Source: the human T2T-CHM13v2.0 reference genome, Homo sapiens. From it: DNA of 64,000 nucleotides. Where the stretch lies: the NCBI RefSeq assembly GCF_009914755.1, contig NC_060929.1; one strand, written 5' to 3'. Position 1 is the first letter of the stretch. Every line of letters begins with the position of its first letter. A program made the translations under genes and the position numbers. This document shows, piece after piece, positions 30,001-43,695 of the stretch. Below the pieces are notes generated by a model, which was not told where the DNA came from, made no database searches, and saw nothing but the letters and a program-made list of their open reading frames with translations.

Positions 30001-33000
30001 GCTAGAAAATGGTGAAGTCAGGATATAATGCAGGTAGTCTGACTCTAGAATCCATATTTGTAACCACTGCGTTGAAAATTACATCTGCTGGGCCCCATGG
30101 TCACCTCTGGTTTTCCCAGTTCAGGTAGGTCTCTTCTCCATCCATGTCCACTTCTTATTATACAATATAAGGAGATCATTCAATACTGTGATCTTACCAC
30201 ATTTACTAAGTGGATCTTCATCTCTTGCCTGACTACACATTATATTAATTAAATTAACATTGCAATAGAGTAGTTCCTGATGCACTCTTAAAATGATCAA
30301 AAGAGTTACTGAGTTTTCTCAAATACCAACCACAAACAATGTCTTAGCATAAAAGAATTTAAAAAAAACTTCTTAGAATGAAGATATGATAAAAATAAGG
30401 TACCAGAGCAAAATTCAAATTTATTTGAAAATAGGATTAGTTATAATAATTTTCATTAATGGAGCCCAAATGGTGGGAAGAAATGTATTTAAAGCAGAGT
30501 CTAATAGAGGTATGAAAGTGTGGATCACCAGTATCTGTACTATGTAGAGGTGGTGGTTGAAATTGGGGGTATAGTTAAGGTCATCTGTGAAAACATGGAA
30601 TGTGGAAAGAGAAGAATATTCAAAAGATTGAACTGTGCAGAAGTATATTCCATGTGGTGGGGTCTGGACAAAGGCATTTCTACAAAAGAAACTGGAAAGA
30701 AGTTTTCAAAGTTAAATAAAACTAAGGGAACTAAAAAGACAAGGGGGGTGAATTTAAGGAATTTTAAACAACAGTTGATGGTGGCAAATAGGTCATTATA
30801 AAGACGAGAGTTGAAAAATGCCGTCTGGATTTTCCAGTTAAGACCCCCTTGGTGGCCCTAGTAAGCACAGTATCTATTGAGTGGTGGGCAGAATCCTATT
30901 GTGAGGGCTGGAGGAGTAAATGCAGAGATGAGGAAATAGAAACACAGAGACAATTCTTTCAAAAGAGACGGCTGATGAATGCAAGAGCAGGAAGGCCCAT
31001 GCTCAGTCAAGGAGGCAGTGTCTTGAGGTGGTAGTGGTGCTTGCTTATCTTTATAAGACCAGAGGAGAAAGCCAACGCTGAGAGTGGGCTGAGGATAAGG
31101 AGAGAGGAAAGAATGGTGGCAGGCAAGAGTCCTTAGGAGATGAGAAAAGAGGAAACCTGAGCCCCAGCAAAGGGTTAGCAGTGGAGGAGCAGACTGTTAG
31201 TGCCATGTCCCAAGGGAAGGGACAATGGAACACAGTTTATAATGGAGGGCATGAAGTCTTCCTGAACTGGAAGGGCAGGCCTTTAGAGGGGAGGCTAAAA
31301 TTTTAGAAAAATATTATGTTCTGAAAATTTCATTTCAGCTACATGTCTCTGCTGTCACTCCCAGCTTTGTTTGTACACATTATTGCCATTGTTTTTATTG
31401 TGTGCCTGTTGAGATACCTGCCTGAATTTTGGAAAACTGTGCGAGAAATCATGAATTTCACCATGGTTGTTTGGATGGCTGGCTTAATTGTTTCTTTTGG
31501 AAACTTTTATGGGGCCTTAGTAGTTTGAAAGTCTCTAGCTTGCAAAGGTGCTTGGGATGTTCATTCTTTCATTTTCTGTGGCTCATTACCATTTGAGTAA
31601 TGTCTGCTCATTCGCTTAGTCGGCTCCAGTTTTCAGGAATAAAAGCCAAAGCTTTTCAGCACTGAACAATATCTGGGGTGGTCAGAGATCCCCGTAGCCC
31701 AACGTAGAAATCACGCACTGTCATTATGAATCTCATGCATGTTCCAACTGTTTTGCATGGCATGGTGACAAAACTGACTGGCGTAGGCTGGGATGTATAG
31801 AATCATCTTGTGCCATATCAACTCTGTGAAGTTTTTGAAGCTGACTTTTCAGTGTCATCCCTGGGCCACAGACTCTCTTCAGTGAGGAAAGAACAAAGAA
31901 AAGCCAAATAATGTACTGAGATAGGCTAAGTTATATTTCCTTTCCTTTCTATTCCCAGCTCGACCCCTCTCTTCCCGCCTCATTAGTTCTCATGTCTTCA
32001 TCTGCTGAGCTTAAAGTCATGGCGGAAATGAAGATGAGGAGGGAAGCTCTGAGGGCACACTTAGAAAACAGGATAAAGAGAAGAGACAGACATTTACTAG
32101 AGCTTTACAGTTTGCAAAATGACTGCATCTATGTTATCTCATATAATTATCTGTCTTCCACACATAAGGAAACTGAGCCCCAGAGATATTAAATGAATTA
32201 TTTGTCCAGAACCACAGAGTTAATAAGTGCCAGAACCAGGACTTCAATCCAGATCTTATGGCTCCAAATCCATTGTCCTTTATACAAAAGTTTAAGCCAT
32301 CAGCCATTACTCATGCTATTAATATATTAAGAATTTTTAAATATAAAATGATTTATTGCTAGACTTGTAATTATGGGTTTTTCTAAGATTAGTGCTATGT
32401 AAATATTAACTACTGACATTATTATTATTACTGCCACCAAAATTATGGACTGAGCTATATCCCTGCCTCATTAGTTCTTATGTCTAGAGGAATTTATTTA
32501 ATTTGGTTTAATAAGTGCCTAGTATCTTGGGTAAATAAAATATTGTCCACACTTTCAGGAAGCAGAGAAAGCATTTAGGTAAATATATAGATGAACCATC
32601 CTATGATGAGTTCTGTAATGGACATATGCCTAACATCAGGAAATAATATAGGACAATGATTCTACAACTTCATCGTGCGTTATAATCACCCATATGGCTT
32701 GTGAAAAAACAGATCGCTGGGCCCCACCCTCAGAGTTCCTGATTCAGTAGGTCTGGGATGAAGCCCAAGAATATGAATTTCTAACAAATCCTAGGTTGTG
32801 TTGATACCACTGGTCCAGAGACCACACTTTGAAAGCTGGCTTTACTTCCTTATGGGGCAGGGGTCAGAAAAGATTTTGTAGAAGTGATACCCAGGCAAAG
32901 CTGGAAGAATTAAAAGGAGTTTGCCTAGTGTAATGGGCAGAATGGCATTTCAGGTAGATGGAGTAGCATATGTAAAGGTATAGACAGGCAAAACAATGGG

Positions 33001-36000
33001 TATGGCAACCACCGAGAATTTGTTATTGCCACAATCAGAAGAGAAGTAGACAATGCGAGATGAGGCTGAGCTCATGGAAGGCTTCATGTGCCATGCTAAG
33101 GCATATGGTCTTTGTCCTATAGGCTGTGCAGAGTCTTAGTCAAATTTTTATTTCAGAAAGCTAATTAATTCTAGTGTTAGTATAAAGGCCTGGAGGAAGG
33201 TCCCACTTACTACTTAAACATGAAAGAGCTCCTTTGAATGTCTATAATATTATGCCCAGGGATTAGTCAATATGTACACGTCTTGTTATTTCAGTTAAAC
33301 AGTTAATCAGTCCCTGTGTGCCATGCACATATACAAGTCAAAAATATCATTCTTTCCCTCAAGTGCTTATGGAAGCCAACACCTACAGATAAGAAACACC
33401 ACAGCACATGACAATGCAGAAACTTACCAAGGGGAGAAAAGAGAAAAGTCAGTAAGGGCTAAAGCAATCAGCCAGGGCTTCATGGAGAAGCAGAACACAG
33501 CTGGCCTTGCCTTGTGAAATGGTGGCATTTGCCTGGCTAGAGGAGGGCATTGCATGAATGGGGGACCCCCAAGTAAAGGAACAGAAAGTAAACAAAATTT
33601 TGGAAGCACAGGGACGGTGAAGAAGCTGAGGCAGCTGGTCAACCTTTGGCAGAGCTCTTCTTCAGACATGGTAGAGAAGTGGAAAAGAAGTCTGGAAAAC
33701 AAATTTAGATCAAAAGTCTATGTTCACTGGGAATAACCTCTGGAAGACTTCTAGAAAAAGAATAAATTATAGAGATAGAAAATGTAATGCTTCTTCATTA
33801 ACTGCAAGCCCCCTCTTCACTCTTCTCACCCAAGGACAATAGGAGTCAAGGGAACAGGCTACAAAAGCTTGGATTGGAGGACACAGACAGGGAAGATGCA
33901 ATGGGCTTTGGTTCCCATAGGGCCAAACTGACAGTAGTTGCTGCCCTGGGAGCTTGCCATTGTCCTGAGAATGAGGTATGTTGGCGAACTGACAGTTACT
34001 TATAAAAGGCCATCTGTCCTGTGAACTGGGATGAAGGCCTGGGAAGCCTTCCATTTCAGCTCCCAGATGGTAGCACAATGCATACTTGTAAGGGAGACTT
34101 CTTGGATCATTTGCTCATTCCCAAATTTGCAAATATGAAAACATTTTTAGATGTTGGTTTTGTGAGTTATGTGTTCCCTGTGCATTTCTTCACATCACAG
34201 CTTAACAATCTTCACAACACTCCCTTAAGCCTTTTCTTCCATCCAAGGAGCAATGTTTATACTTACTGAAACAGATCCACAAATTGATTTTATCTTGTGT
34301 CTTTATAAAAAATGATGGACTTGTTCACAATGTAGATTAGAGTCATTGCTGAATTTGATGTTCATATACCCTTAAAATTTTCCAAAACTTTAATTTTTCT
34401 GGATAAACTGTCATCTTTTTTAGATTGCTATACTTTTTATTTCTATTCCCAGGAGTAGCAAATGATATTTTCTTCACAGTTATTGTTACCAGAGAATGAA
34501 AATATATGCCTTCACCAAAGTGACTTCCTATGTGACTCTGGGTAGAGAGGCAAAGTGCCACAAGTGATTTAGGTTGAGGCAGTGGCAGTGACTCACCTAG
34601 GCTAGTGTCCGCCTGTAACTCAGTTCCCACACCAGCCAGGTGCTGCTCAAATGTAAACCTCGTCAAATTAAAACTTACTATACACTATGGGCCTTTGAGG
34701 CCAAATAGGAAAAGTTGAAGCTACAGCGAATACATCAGAGATTCTGATATGTCTGACTTTGGGGTGGGAGATGGCAGTTAGGAAGCATGTGCCTCGAAAT
34801 ACAGATAGCAGCTCACCCATTTTAATCAGATATATATCATTAAGCCCAGTGAACAAACCTTAGTGAATTTTTCATTAACTGTATTTAAACACAATTCATC
34901 TTAAATTTCCTCTTTCTAAACTCTTGCCTTGGATGAAAAGAAAAAAAAAAAGAGTGAGACTTTGCCAAAGGGTGTTTCATGGGACACATGGCAACCAAAA
35001 CAAAAGGCCCAATTTTAATTGAATTATAGACTGTGTAATTATCTAACTTGTACCAGCTGGTCTCAAGAAGCTACCAGAGTCCTTAGAGAGCTTGTACTTG
35101 GCCAGAAACATAAGGTACCTTATTAGTACCAAGAAAAATGCCTTGTGTACCTGTGCTACCCCAGACCCCCAAAGAACATAATGTGAAAGGAAAAAAATAC
35201 TTACAGGTTAATTTTGGGTTTAAGAGGTAGTCATCCCTCCCTCTGAGCATGTGGGTGGGTTTGCTAAAGCACCTGTAGTCTCAGAGGCATGGCCAATATA
35301 AACAGGATGTTATTGCATCAGACAGGTAAGGGTAATTTCCCTAATTAGTCATTTGAGATTTCACTTTTCACTTGGAAATACTGGAAATTTAATTTGTTTG
35401 TGACATGCGGTTGGCAAACTGACAATATCTACGTTCCCACCCTATGTCTTGCTGTCCTGGTATCCTGGGGAAAGCACAAGGAAGTCTCAATGCAGACGCT
35501 TTGCTTCATGTATTGACGTCAAGCTAACTAAAGTACCTTCTTACTGATAAATGTGTCCTAATTACACATTCTTCACTTGTAATGCTAGAGTAATCCTAAT
35601 GAGTTTCCTGTGATCATTTTTCTTTTAGATTAAATGCTTTTTCTCAATCCCCCCAAATTTTGCAATGGTGAAGTAATTTATGATACAAGCTCATTTACTT
35701 TAAGAACATTGTCCTTAGAGGTAAAAAGCAAAATAGTTTCAGGGAGCTGCATTTTATGAATTAAAGTATGAATGTGATTGAAGATAGTCCCTGACTTGGC
35801 CTTTGATTAAAGAACAATTTCATTTTATTTATTTTATTTTAAAACACCCTCCTCTAAAGAAAGACTGATTGGCATCACATGTTGTCCTCATAAATCATAG
35901 CTATTGATTTTACATTTGTTTTAGCTCTTCCAATTGTATGCCCCCTTGTATCATAATTTATCCTGAAAGCCAGCCTCTGAGTCGGTGCTGAAACTGAGCC

Positions 36001-36714
36001 TGGAGGGTGGTTTCTTTCCACTCAAACTAATCTATATGTGAAAGAGATGAGCTTTCAAACACAGAACCACACCCCTCTTGCTTTTTATGACATTACCCTG
36101 GTATTTCCCATGGAGATAATGGATGCTACACAGTAAAATCTGTGGCAAGTGGCAACATTAGGAACTTTTGCCTAGTCCAGTCAGCATCGGCACAGACATG
36201 TCTCCTGACTGCCCCGGATGCTGCAGGAAGCCAGGTGCTCCCGTACTTGGCTTTTCGTACACAAGCTCACCCTTAGGATTCAGAATGCAATTATTAAGGC
36301 CATCTTCTTGAAACTCTCAGGGTCAGACAGTTCTTCCATCTTCCACAAGTGGCAGAAGTGATAAGAGGGAGAGAGTGTCTGCTGGCTACACCCCACCTTT
36401 TTTTGTTAAAGAAGGAGTGCCCAGCCCTCTTTTTAAACTGCATGTGGTTAGATGCTGCAGGTAGATCTTAGGATGCTGCCAGGTCACCACGCAGCCCATT
36501 TAGGGTAAAATGAGATAAATTTTCTGAATATACATGTTGTGCCCAAGTATCACTTATTGTGTTTTGTTTTTCTGGCCAATCTGAGTGAATGCTCGCATTT
36601 TAAATTATTTTATGCCCTCTCTTCTCTGGCTTCCCGTTCAGTATTCAGTCACATCACTCAAGACGATCCCAGAACTGTGCCGAAGATGTGATACGCAAAA
36701 CGAAGACAGATCAG
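24030..36714 (+). CDS. SNCAIP: Alternative-frame N-terminus of synphilin-1A (24030-24040 joined to 36642-36714): MTYLIQSHHSRRSQNCAEDVIRKTKTDQ
   Basis: The out-of-frame ATG at 24030 gives 84 nt (28 codons) with no stop, ending in phase 0. Matches the recalled synphilin-1A N-terminus. Confidence 0.8.
26367..26592. mobile_element. MER20-like DNA transposon
   Basis: CAGTGGTTC...GGGGCAATTTT...GCATCTAGTGGGTAGAG.CCAG...CCCAAAATGTCAGTAGT. Confidence 0.8.
32653..32840. mobile_element. MER5A-like hAT MITE
   Basis: GCTGGGCCCCACCCTCAGAGTTCCTGATTCAGTAGGTCTGGG...GACCACACTTTGA. Confidence 0.8.
33835..33975 (+). CDS. SNCAIP: 141-nt alternative cassette exon, DNRSQGNRLQKLGLEDTDREDAMGFGSHRAKLTVVAALGACHCPENE
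   Basis: Pyrimidine tract plus AAG acceptor; GAG|GTATG donor; phase 0-0; 47 open codons. Matches a recalled insert in a longer SNCAIP isoform. Confidence 0.75.
36642..36714 (+). CDS. SNCAIP: Synphilin-1 coding exon, YSVTSLKTIPELCRRCDTQNEDRS (aa 20-43)
   Basis: TTCAG acceptor; CAG|GTAGGT donor; 73 nt, phase 0 to 1; continues the known protein. Confidence 0.95.
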
Positions 36715-38229
36715 GTAGGTTTTGCTCCTCCCCTCTTCTCCTTATCCTGGCTCAGTGTTAATGGCTCCTGGAAAGCTGTTTTTCCTCACACTGGTCCCCC
36801 CTGCTTTCAGTTTTCTTTTCTCTTTACGGCTTCTCCACTCACACCACCCCCCACCTCATGCCCTGCCTTCAACAAACAGATGTTAGGTCATCTGAAAGAG
36901 GATAGCAGGACAGGGAGGCCCTAATGAGGACTCAGCTGTATACAGATAAATAAATATGGGAGATCATCTCGGCATCTCCAAACCACAATATATGCAGCAA
37001 TTTACTGAAAACCCGAGAAACCATTGGTGACAAAACATAATGATGCAGGCGCCAATGAAAAAATGTTGGATGCATTTACTACCCATATGGCAAGGACCAG
37101 CTTGGGGAATGGTGCTTTGCCAAAGTCGGAAACCCTATCAGAGATGCGACATGATAGAATCTGCAATAAGGCATACTGTAACAGTTAAGATTAAAGCAAA
37201 GGCTTTGGAGTTTAATAGTGTAAACTAAACAGAGAATTATGGCATATAGATGAAAACCAGCTGGTCGACCTTTTCTCTTTACACCCCCAACCCCCAAGAA
37301 TAAAAAAGTACATTCTGAGTTGTTTTCCCTCTGTAAATCAAATTAAGCTTCTCTTCTTTTCCTTCTATGATGGGCAAAAATGAAAATAAAAAAGGATATT
37401 GATGGGAGTGATACCATGGTATTAAACTATGAAATGATGTTTATTATTTTTCCAAGTAATTACTCTATGGCATCACCATTAACCTTCCCAAAGCTGGACC
37501 TACTCTGATAGTCACTAGAATCCTGAGAACCAGATAATCCTCAAATTATGTGTATTGTGTTTAAAAATAAATAGATGTGCCTTACCTATACAGCTACTAG
37601 AATTCTAGGCCTTTCTAATGGAAAGGATTTTTTACAAAGCTAATTTACTTTTCCTCTGGACTGTTTGTTTTCCTTTGACATTTTTCTTAGGAGAGACAGG
37701 AAAAATAATTAGTCTTTCTAGGTTTGTTTATCTTGGTGTTTTTTTGTGTGTGTGAGTGAAACTAATGCTTCAATGTTTGGGTCAGAAACATCACAGAAGA
37801 TAGTTTTCAGTTCAAATAAAAGCTTTTACTTACCTTCACTTGTTTTTTATTTCAAAAACATTCAAGTTCATATAGGATTTAATAGAGGCTCTTGGCTATA
37901 AGTCTTATAAGGATGTGTCTTCTTAAAAGGCAGTGCCCATTTCAAACTTGAACCAATGACTATGATCAATGACACAGGTAGCTGACTGCAGTGGAGAGGC
38001 TGCCAAGGTCAGAGTCACCAGGCCTAGGTTTGAGTTAGAGTTCAGGCACTTATCAGCTAAATGACCTTGAATCTGTGACTAGTTATCTACAAAATAGAGA
38101 AGATACGTGTACTAATGTTGCCCAGCTGTCCTTAGGATCAAAATTAGGTGATGTATCAAAAGGTTACTTTGCAGACACAAGATTTTCTTTTTTCTTTAAT
38201 TGGATGTAGGGAATAAGAGAGAAGAAAAA

Positions 38230-38480
38230 ATAGCAAATACTTTATCAGGGCTTAATGTGCTGGGTACTGTTGTAAGCACTCTACTTACATTAATCCCATT
38301 AATCCTAAAATACTTGTGAGCTAAGTACTATTAGGATATTTATATTATAGATGGGGAAACTGAGGAACAGAGATGAGAAGTTAAATATCTTACCCAGAGT
38401 CACACAGCAATTAAGTTACAGAGCTGGGATTCAAACCCCAGGAAGTCTACTTCCAGATTCTGTTATATTATCCCTTACAT
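38230..38480. mobile_element. MIR (representative; similar copies near 26140, 27700, 29850, 32100, 41650, 63250)
   Basis: MIR core ATAGATGGGGAAACTGAGG.ACAGAG...GAGCTGGGATTCAAACCC. Confidence 0.75.
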
Positions 38481-39300
38481 ATACTACCCTTCCAGATAGT
38501 TTGACTTACTGGTAATAATTTACTTTTAAGATATTATCCTTTTAAATCTTTACAAGTCAGCATTTTCCCTGATTAAGTTTAAATTATTTTTTCCGTTAAA
38601 TGGTGACTCTTACCAAGTTAAGTGAATAAACAGAAACTTTTAGTTTTTCCCAGGGCTGGTACATTCCATTCTCTCCAGGTCTTACAATTTCTAGTCATCT
38701 CCACAATAAATGATGGTAGACTTTTCTTCCGTGGTTGAGGAGGAGGCCAGTTTCAAACTTAGAAGCTTTTGAACTTTACTCACAGCAAAGGCGCAGTGCT
38801 CAAGGTAATCAGTAATCAGACCTGACAGGAAATGGATTATGAGGGAAAGACTCAGGACTCTTAATGGAATTGCATGTACATTTCCAATTTGATGGACCAT
38901 TTGGAGGCTGGGAAACTGCATTCTGATAGATTGAGAGTGATCCTAGAAAAAGGAACCCACGGAAAAATGTGTCTGCCCACAGCATCACTGTAGAATTATC
39001 CATGGGCCCCTCTGAAAGAAATCTCAACGTGATGAAGTTTTCGGAGCTGGTTTCCTAAAGAATTGAGGCATTCTCAATCAGTTCCATAGGCATCCAGATG
39101 TAGAAATAACCCTCCTCCCCCTGTCTTTCTTGTAAATCAGCCACATAGAAGGAGTTTGCTCCAGGAAAGCTAGCAGATTTCTATCTTTTCAAACAGACGC
39201 AGCAGAATGCACTTTGGCTTCTGAGAAAAGTCCACATCTTCTTTGGGATGGGGCACTCTCAGGGGAAACTTCCTCAACCGTCTGTCACTTACAGTATACC

Positions 39301-39717
39301 TGATATGGTTTGGATCTCTGTTCCCATCCAAACCTCATGTTGAATGGTAAACCCTAATGTTGGAGGCGGTGCCTGGTGGGAGGTGACTGGATCATGAGGG
39401 TGGATTTCTCATGAATGGTTTAGCGCCATCTCCTTGGTACCATCCTTGTGATGGTGAGTGAGTTCTCATGAGATCTGGTTTAAAAGTTTGTAATACCTCT
39501 CCTACTCTGTCTCTTGCTTCTGCACCCACCATGTGAGATGCCTCATTCCCCCTTTGCCGTCTGCCATAATTGGAAGCTTCCTGAGGCTGTCGCAGAAGCA
39601 GAAGCCGCTATGCTTCCTGTACAGCCTGCAGAATCATGAGCCAATTAAACCTCCTTTCTTTATAAATTACCCAATCTCGGGTATTTCTTTATAGCAGTGC
39701 AAGAATAGACTAATATG
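39301..39717. mobile_element. MaLR solo LTR (MSTA/MSTB-like)
   Basis: TGATATGGTTTGGATCT...CCAATTAAACCTC...GACTAATAT; 5-bp TSD ATACC at 39296-39300 and 39718-39722. Confidence 0.88.
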
Positions 39718-39854
39718 ATACCCCACGAGACAAAGACATTTCTCTTTACCTTTCTAGAATAGTTACACACTTGCTATTTTGTATAGGTTGTCAAATGTTA
39801 ACATCTATCCTTGTACATATTATATCTTTGACCAGATGTTCTCATTTACTCTCT

Positions 39855-40330
39855 TATTTATTTATTCAACAAATATGTGTTGAGTGTCCTCTGGCCCAGG
39901 TACTGAGGACATGGTAAAGAACAAGACAGACAAGGCCTCTGTGCTCATGAAGCTTACATTCTACTGGCAGTGACAGCCAAAAGGCAAGCAAACAGATAAA
40001 CAAGGTCACCACAGATAGAGAGAAGAGGCAACATGAGAGACTGTGGTAATTTTTAGGAGCTGGGGAGGGAGGGAGGTCTTAGGGCATCAGGGAATATTAG
40101 AAGGCTCCAGCCACGAGAAAACCAGCAAAGAGTGTTGAAGGCAGAGGAACTAGTAATTGCAAAGTGCCTAAGCCAGGAATGAGCTTAGCAAGTATGAGGA
40201 AGAAAAAACCAGTGTAGCTGCAGCATGGTGATCAGAATGAGGAGCAGTAGGAGATGAAGGCAGAGAGATGATCAGGGTCAGACTCCTTGGGGAGTTCAGA
40301 TTTTATGCTTAGTGCAGTGAAGAGCAATGC
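39855..40330 (-). mobile_element. L2 3' fragment
   Basis: TTATTCAACAAATATGTGTTGAGTG...AAGACAGACAAGG...CTCATGAAGCTTACATTCTA. Confidence 0.65.
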
Positions 40331-43300
40331 CAGCAGGATTCCAATTTTTCTAAAATCTTATGACCTGGAAAGAAGCCTCAGCATGTAGAATCATAACTCT
40401 CACTAAGAGAAAGGACTTTCAAAATCATCTAGTCTGCAAGAAAGAGCAAGTGAGAAAGTACAAATAATAAAGCAAATGGGTAAAATGCTGACAACTGATG
40501 AATGTGGATAAAAGGTCTACAGCTATTTTTTGTACTGTTTTCATTTTTGCAACTATTGTATACATTTATTTAAAAGTGAAAAATATAAGAGTTACACACA
40601 AATAAAAAGTTTTCTAAAAGGCAAAAAAGAAAAAAAATAGTCCAAAGCCAATCAGATCTTTGAAGGTAATCCTCCTTATCCCAACCACAGGGTCATGTAG
40701 CCTGTACTTCATCAATTTAGCAACAGGGAGAGCACAATCTCACAAGGCAGCACATCCATAAAGGTTAATGCTTTACCTGACCAAAGTCAGTGTTCGTTGA
40801 ATTTCCACTCATTGATCCTGGTTCTTCCTTTGGAACCACAGAAAAGGACAGTCCCTCCTGGCCAAGAGTGCCACTAGGTGTGTGGAGACAGCAGTCACTC
40901 TTGGGCCTGTCTTCTCCAGATGAACATTTCCTTCCTCAGTGCTGAGTGTGTGCTGCTCATTCTTTTCACTCTCCTGTGGATACAGTACAGTTACCAGCAT
41001 CCCTCTTAAAGTGGAGTGCCCAGAACCAAACCAGAGGTTCCTCCACATGTGGTCTGCTCGGAAACCTGTCAGCCCCACAGAACAGTCCCCTGGGTTTCCC
41101 ACATATCTTTTCTGCTTTCCCAAGTAGGGCCGTCCATTCTGCCTGCTTCCTGAGTGTCCTCAGAGGAGCTAGAGTGTAAAACAAGCCGTGTTTGTGGCCC
41201 TTGGAAGCCCCTCTGTGAGACACGCAGCCTAGGGCTCACCTCACTTCATCCCTGCGGCTTTAGTGGTGGGCTCCAAGAATGGAAAATGGCAATGTTGTCA
41301 GAGGCCTGGAAGTCATCTCCTTGCACCTTCCACTGGCTCACCAATGCCCACAAATCCTCCTTAGGAGTGCCCTTTCTTTAGCTAGAAGCTTTGATTCCTA
41401 TTGAAGTCTATGTTTTCCCCTAACAGGAATAATATTTTAAACTATTCTCCATCAATTACACTGCAGTAGGACTGTTTCAAATTTTTGTGAGAAAAGTGGT
41501 CTAGAAAGAAAGGAAGTGCAAGGGAATTGGAGATGCCACAAGGTGGGAAGGAAGCAAAAAACTAGGAGTGGGAAGCCTGAGAATGAACTGCCTGTGCATG
41601 GAGATGCACAGGTGCTATTGAGGTTTCTGAGTTGTTTCATAAGCCAGCAGTGTACCAGGCATTGTGCCAGGCCTCTGTAAGCAGCATATTTATCCTCAAA
41701 ATAATTATCAGAGGGAGAAGCATTACTGTGCCTATTTTATTGATGAGGAAACTGAGGCTCACAGAGGGTAAATAATGTGCACAAAGTTCTAGAGCTAACA
41801 AGTGGATGTGAAACTTGCTCTACAGTCTCCAGACCCCCTGTGGGTAAGCTGACTCAATTGAGGAATAATTTATTCCAGAGAACCATGTGTAGCAACTAGT
41901 TTGGGACAAGGATTAGCAGAAAGGAAGTTATGTGTAAAAAAAAAAATGCACCTAAAAAAGGAAGTTATTTGTGGAACTTTTGCACGCATTCTCTGCTTAA
42001 TATCTACTACTCATGTGGGAAAAGAGGACACCACAAGGCAGTGAATGTTAATTCTTCTCTATGGTTTTCTCCAAATGAGGACAAAAAATACATTATGGTG
42101 ACATATGGTGTTCAAATCAAAACATATTCAGTTTCATTGATTTAGAGTTTTTAAAAATTAATTGGGCATTCAAATACACATTTGTCTCAATTCATGCTGC
42201 TTTAAATGTGATTCTTTCAACATCTGTATCTGCTAAACTCATTGTATAATTTTCTTATGAAAGAAGGCAGATAAATATTAATACTGCTTCACATCTGAAA
42301 ATTTAGATGTGCTGGATTTAGAAAGTTCAGTTATGTAAAAGTAATAAATGACCCTGTAATGTGTCTGAGAATGGATTCTGAAAAAAATTTTATACCTAAA
42401 TAATATAAAGTGTTACTTGTATGACAATGAGTAAGGAAACAGTACTTTTTAAACTTGGTGTCTGGCATTAAAGTCATGTAGGTTGTACATTTAAAAGCAT
42501 TGCAAATTCGCTATATTTTTGAACCCTGTGCATGCAAATTTTGTGACAAACCCTAAACCTACAAAGATAAAATATGTGATGTTCTAAGATTAAAGGGATT
42601 TAAGCCAGCACCTAAAATAAGTTGACATGAAATTTGTCCTGTAGATGCTGTTATGACATAGTTGGTGATGCTAAATATATAAACCTCCTGTTTTCAATAT
42701 TTGTTAAGGTTTAATGCTAAAAGCTTGAAAGTGAAGGTTGGTATGGCAGTTTGAATTGAAAAGCTTGCTGATTAATCCATTTCACAGGATGTAATGTAAA
42801 CTGGACTCTAAAGAGCAGGGAAACACATTTTCTAAGATCTCAATCAAGAAAATGAACACTTCAACCTGATGCAGCAAGAAACCTAGCATTTATGACAAAG
42901 AAATGTTTCTTTAACTAGAGTAAAAATTTACAGATAAGACATCTAGATGAGATTGTTTATCAAATAAAACAATTATTTTTATTGTTTAACAAAATATAAT
43001 TATAAAGGTGATATGATCCATTATTTTTAAAGAACTTAACCTTGCCACCAAAACAAAATTACTGCACTTCTTTTGAGTATTTTTTCCCCGAGGCATATTT
43101 GTACGTATGGTTGTAATCACAATATGAGGACAATTTTTGCTGCTTTTTCTGTTGCTCCAGAATGTGCATAGCTGTCATTTTGGATGGACCACAGAACTTA
43201 CCCATGAAAGCCGAGCTGCCCCCTCTGTGGAAAAGGAGAGATCATCTCTACCTTTAACCCCTTTTAACTTATTAACACTTCATTTATGTTTCTGAGAGGA

Positions 43301-43389
43301 AAGATGTAGGTCAATGTTCATAAAGATGGGGGCAGGAGGTGAGAGAAAAGTTAAAATAAAATTCTGGTGGTATTGAAAATAATAAAAGG

Positions 43390-43695
43390 GGCTGGGTATG
43401 GTGGATCACACCTGTAATCCCGGCACTTTGGGAGACCGAGGCAGGTGGATCATTTGAGTTCAGAAGTTCAAGACCAGCCTGGCCAACATGGTGAAACCCT
43501 GTCTCCACTAAAAACACAAAAATTGGCTGGTGGTAGTGGCACACCTCTGTAATCCCCGGTACTCAGGAGGCTGAGGCAGGAAAATTGCTTGAGCCTGGGA
43601 GGCGGAAGTTGCGGTAAGCCAAGATCGTGCCACTGCACTCCAGCCTGGGTGACAGCGAGATTCCGTCTCAAAAAACAAACAAACAAAAAAAGAAA
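43390..43695 (+). mobile_element. Alu (AluS-like)
   Basis: Full dimer with an (AAAC)n tail. Confidence 0.92.
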
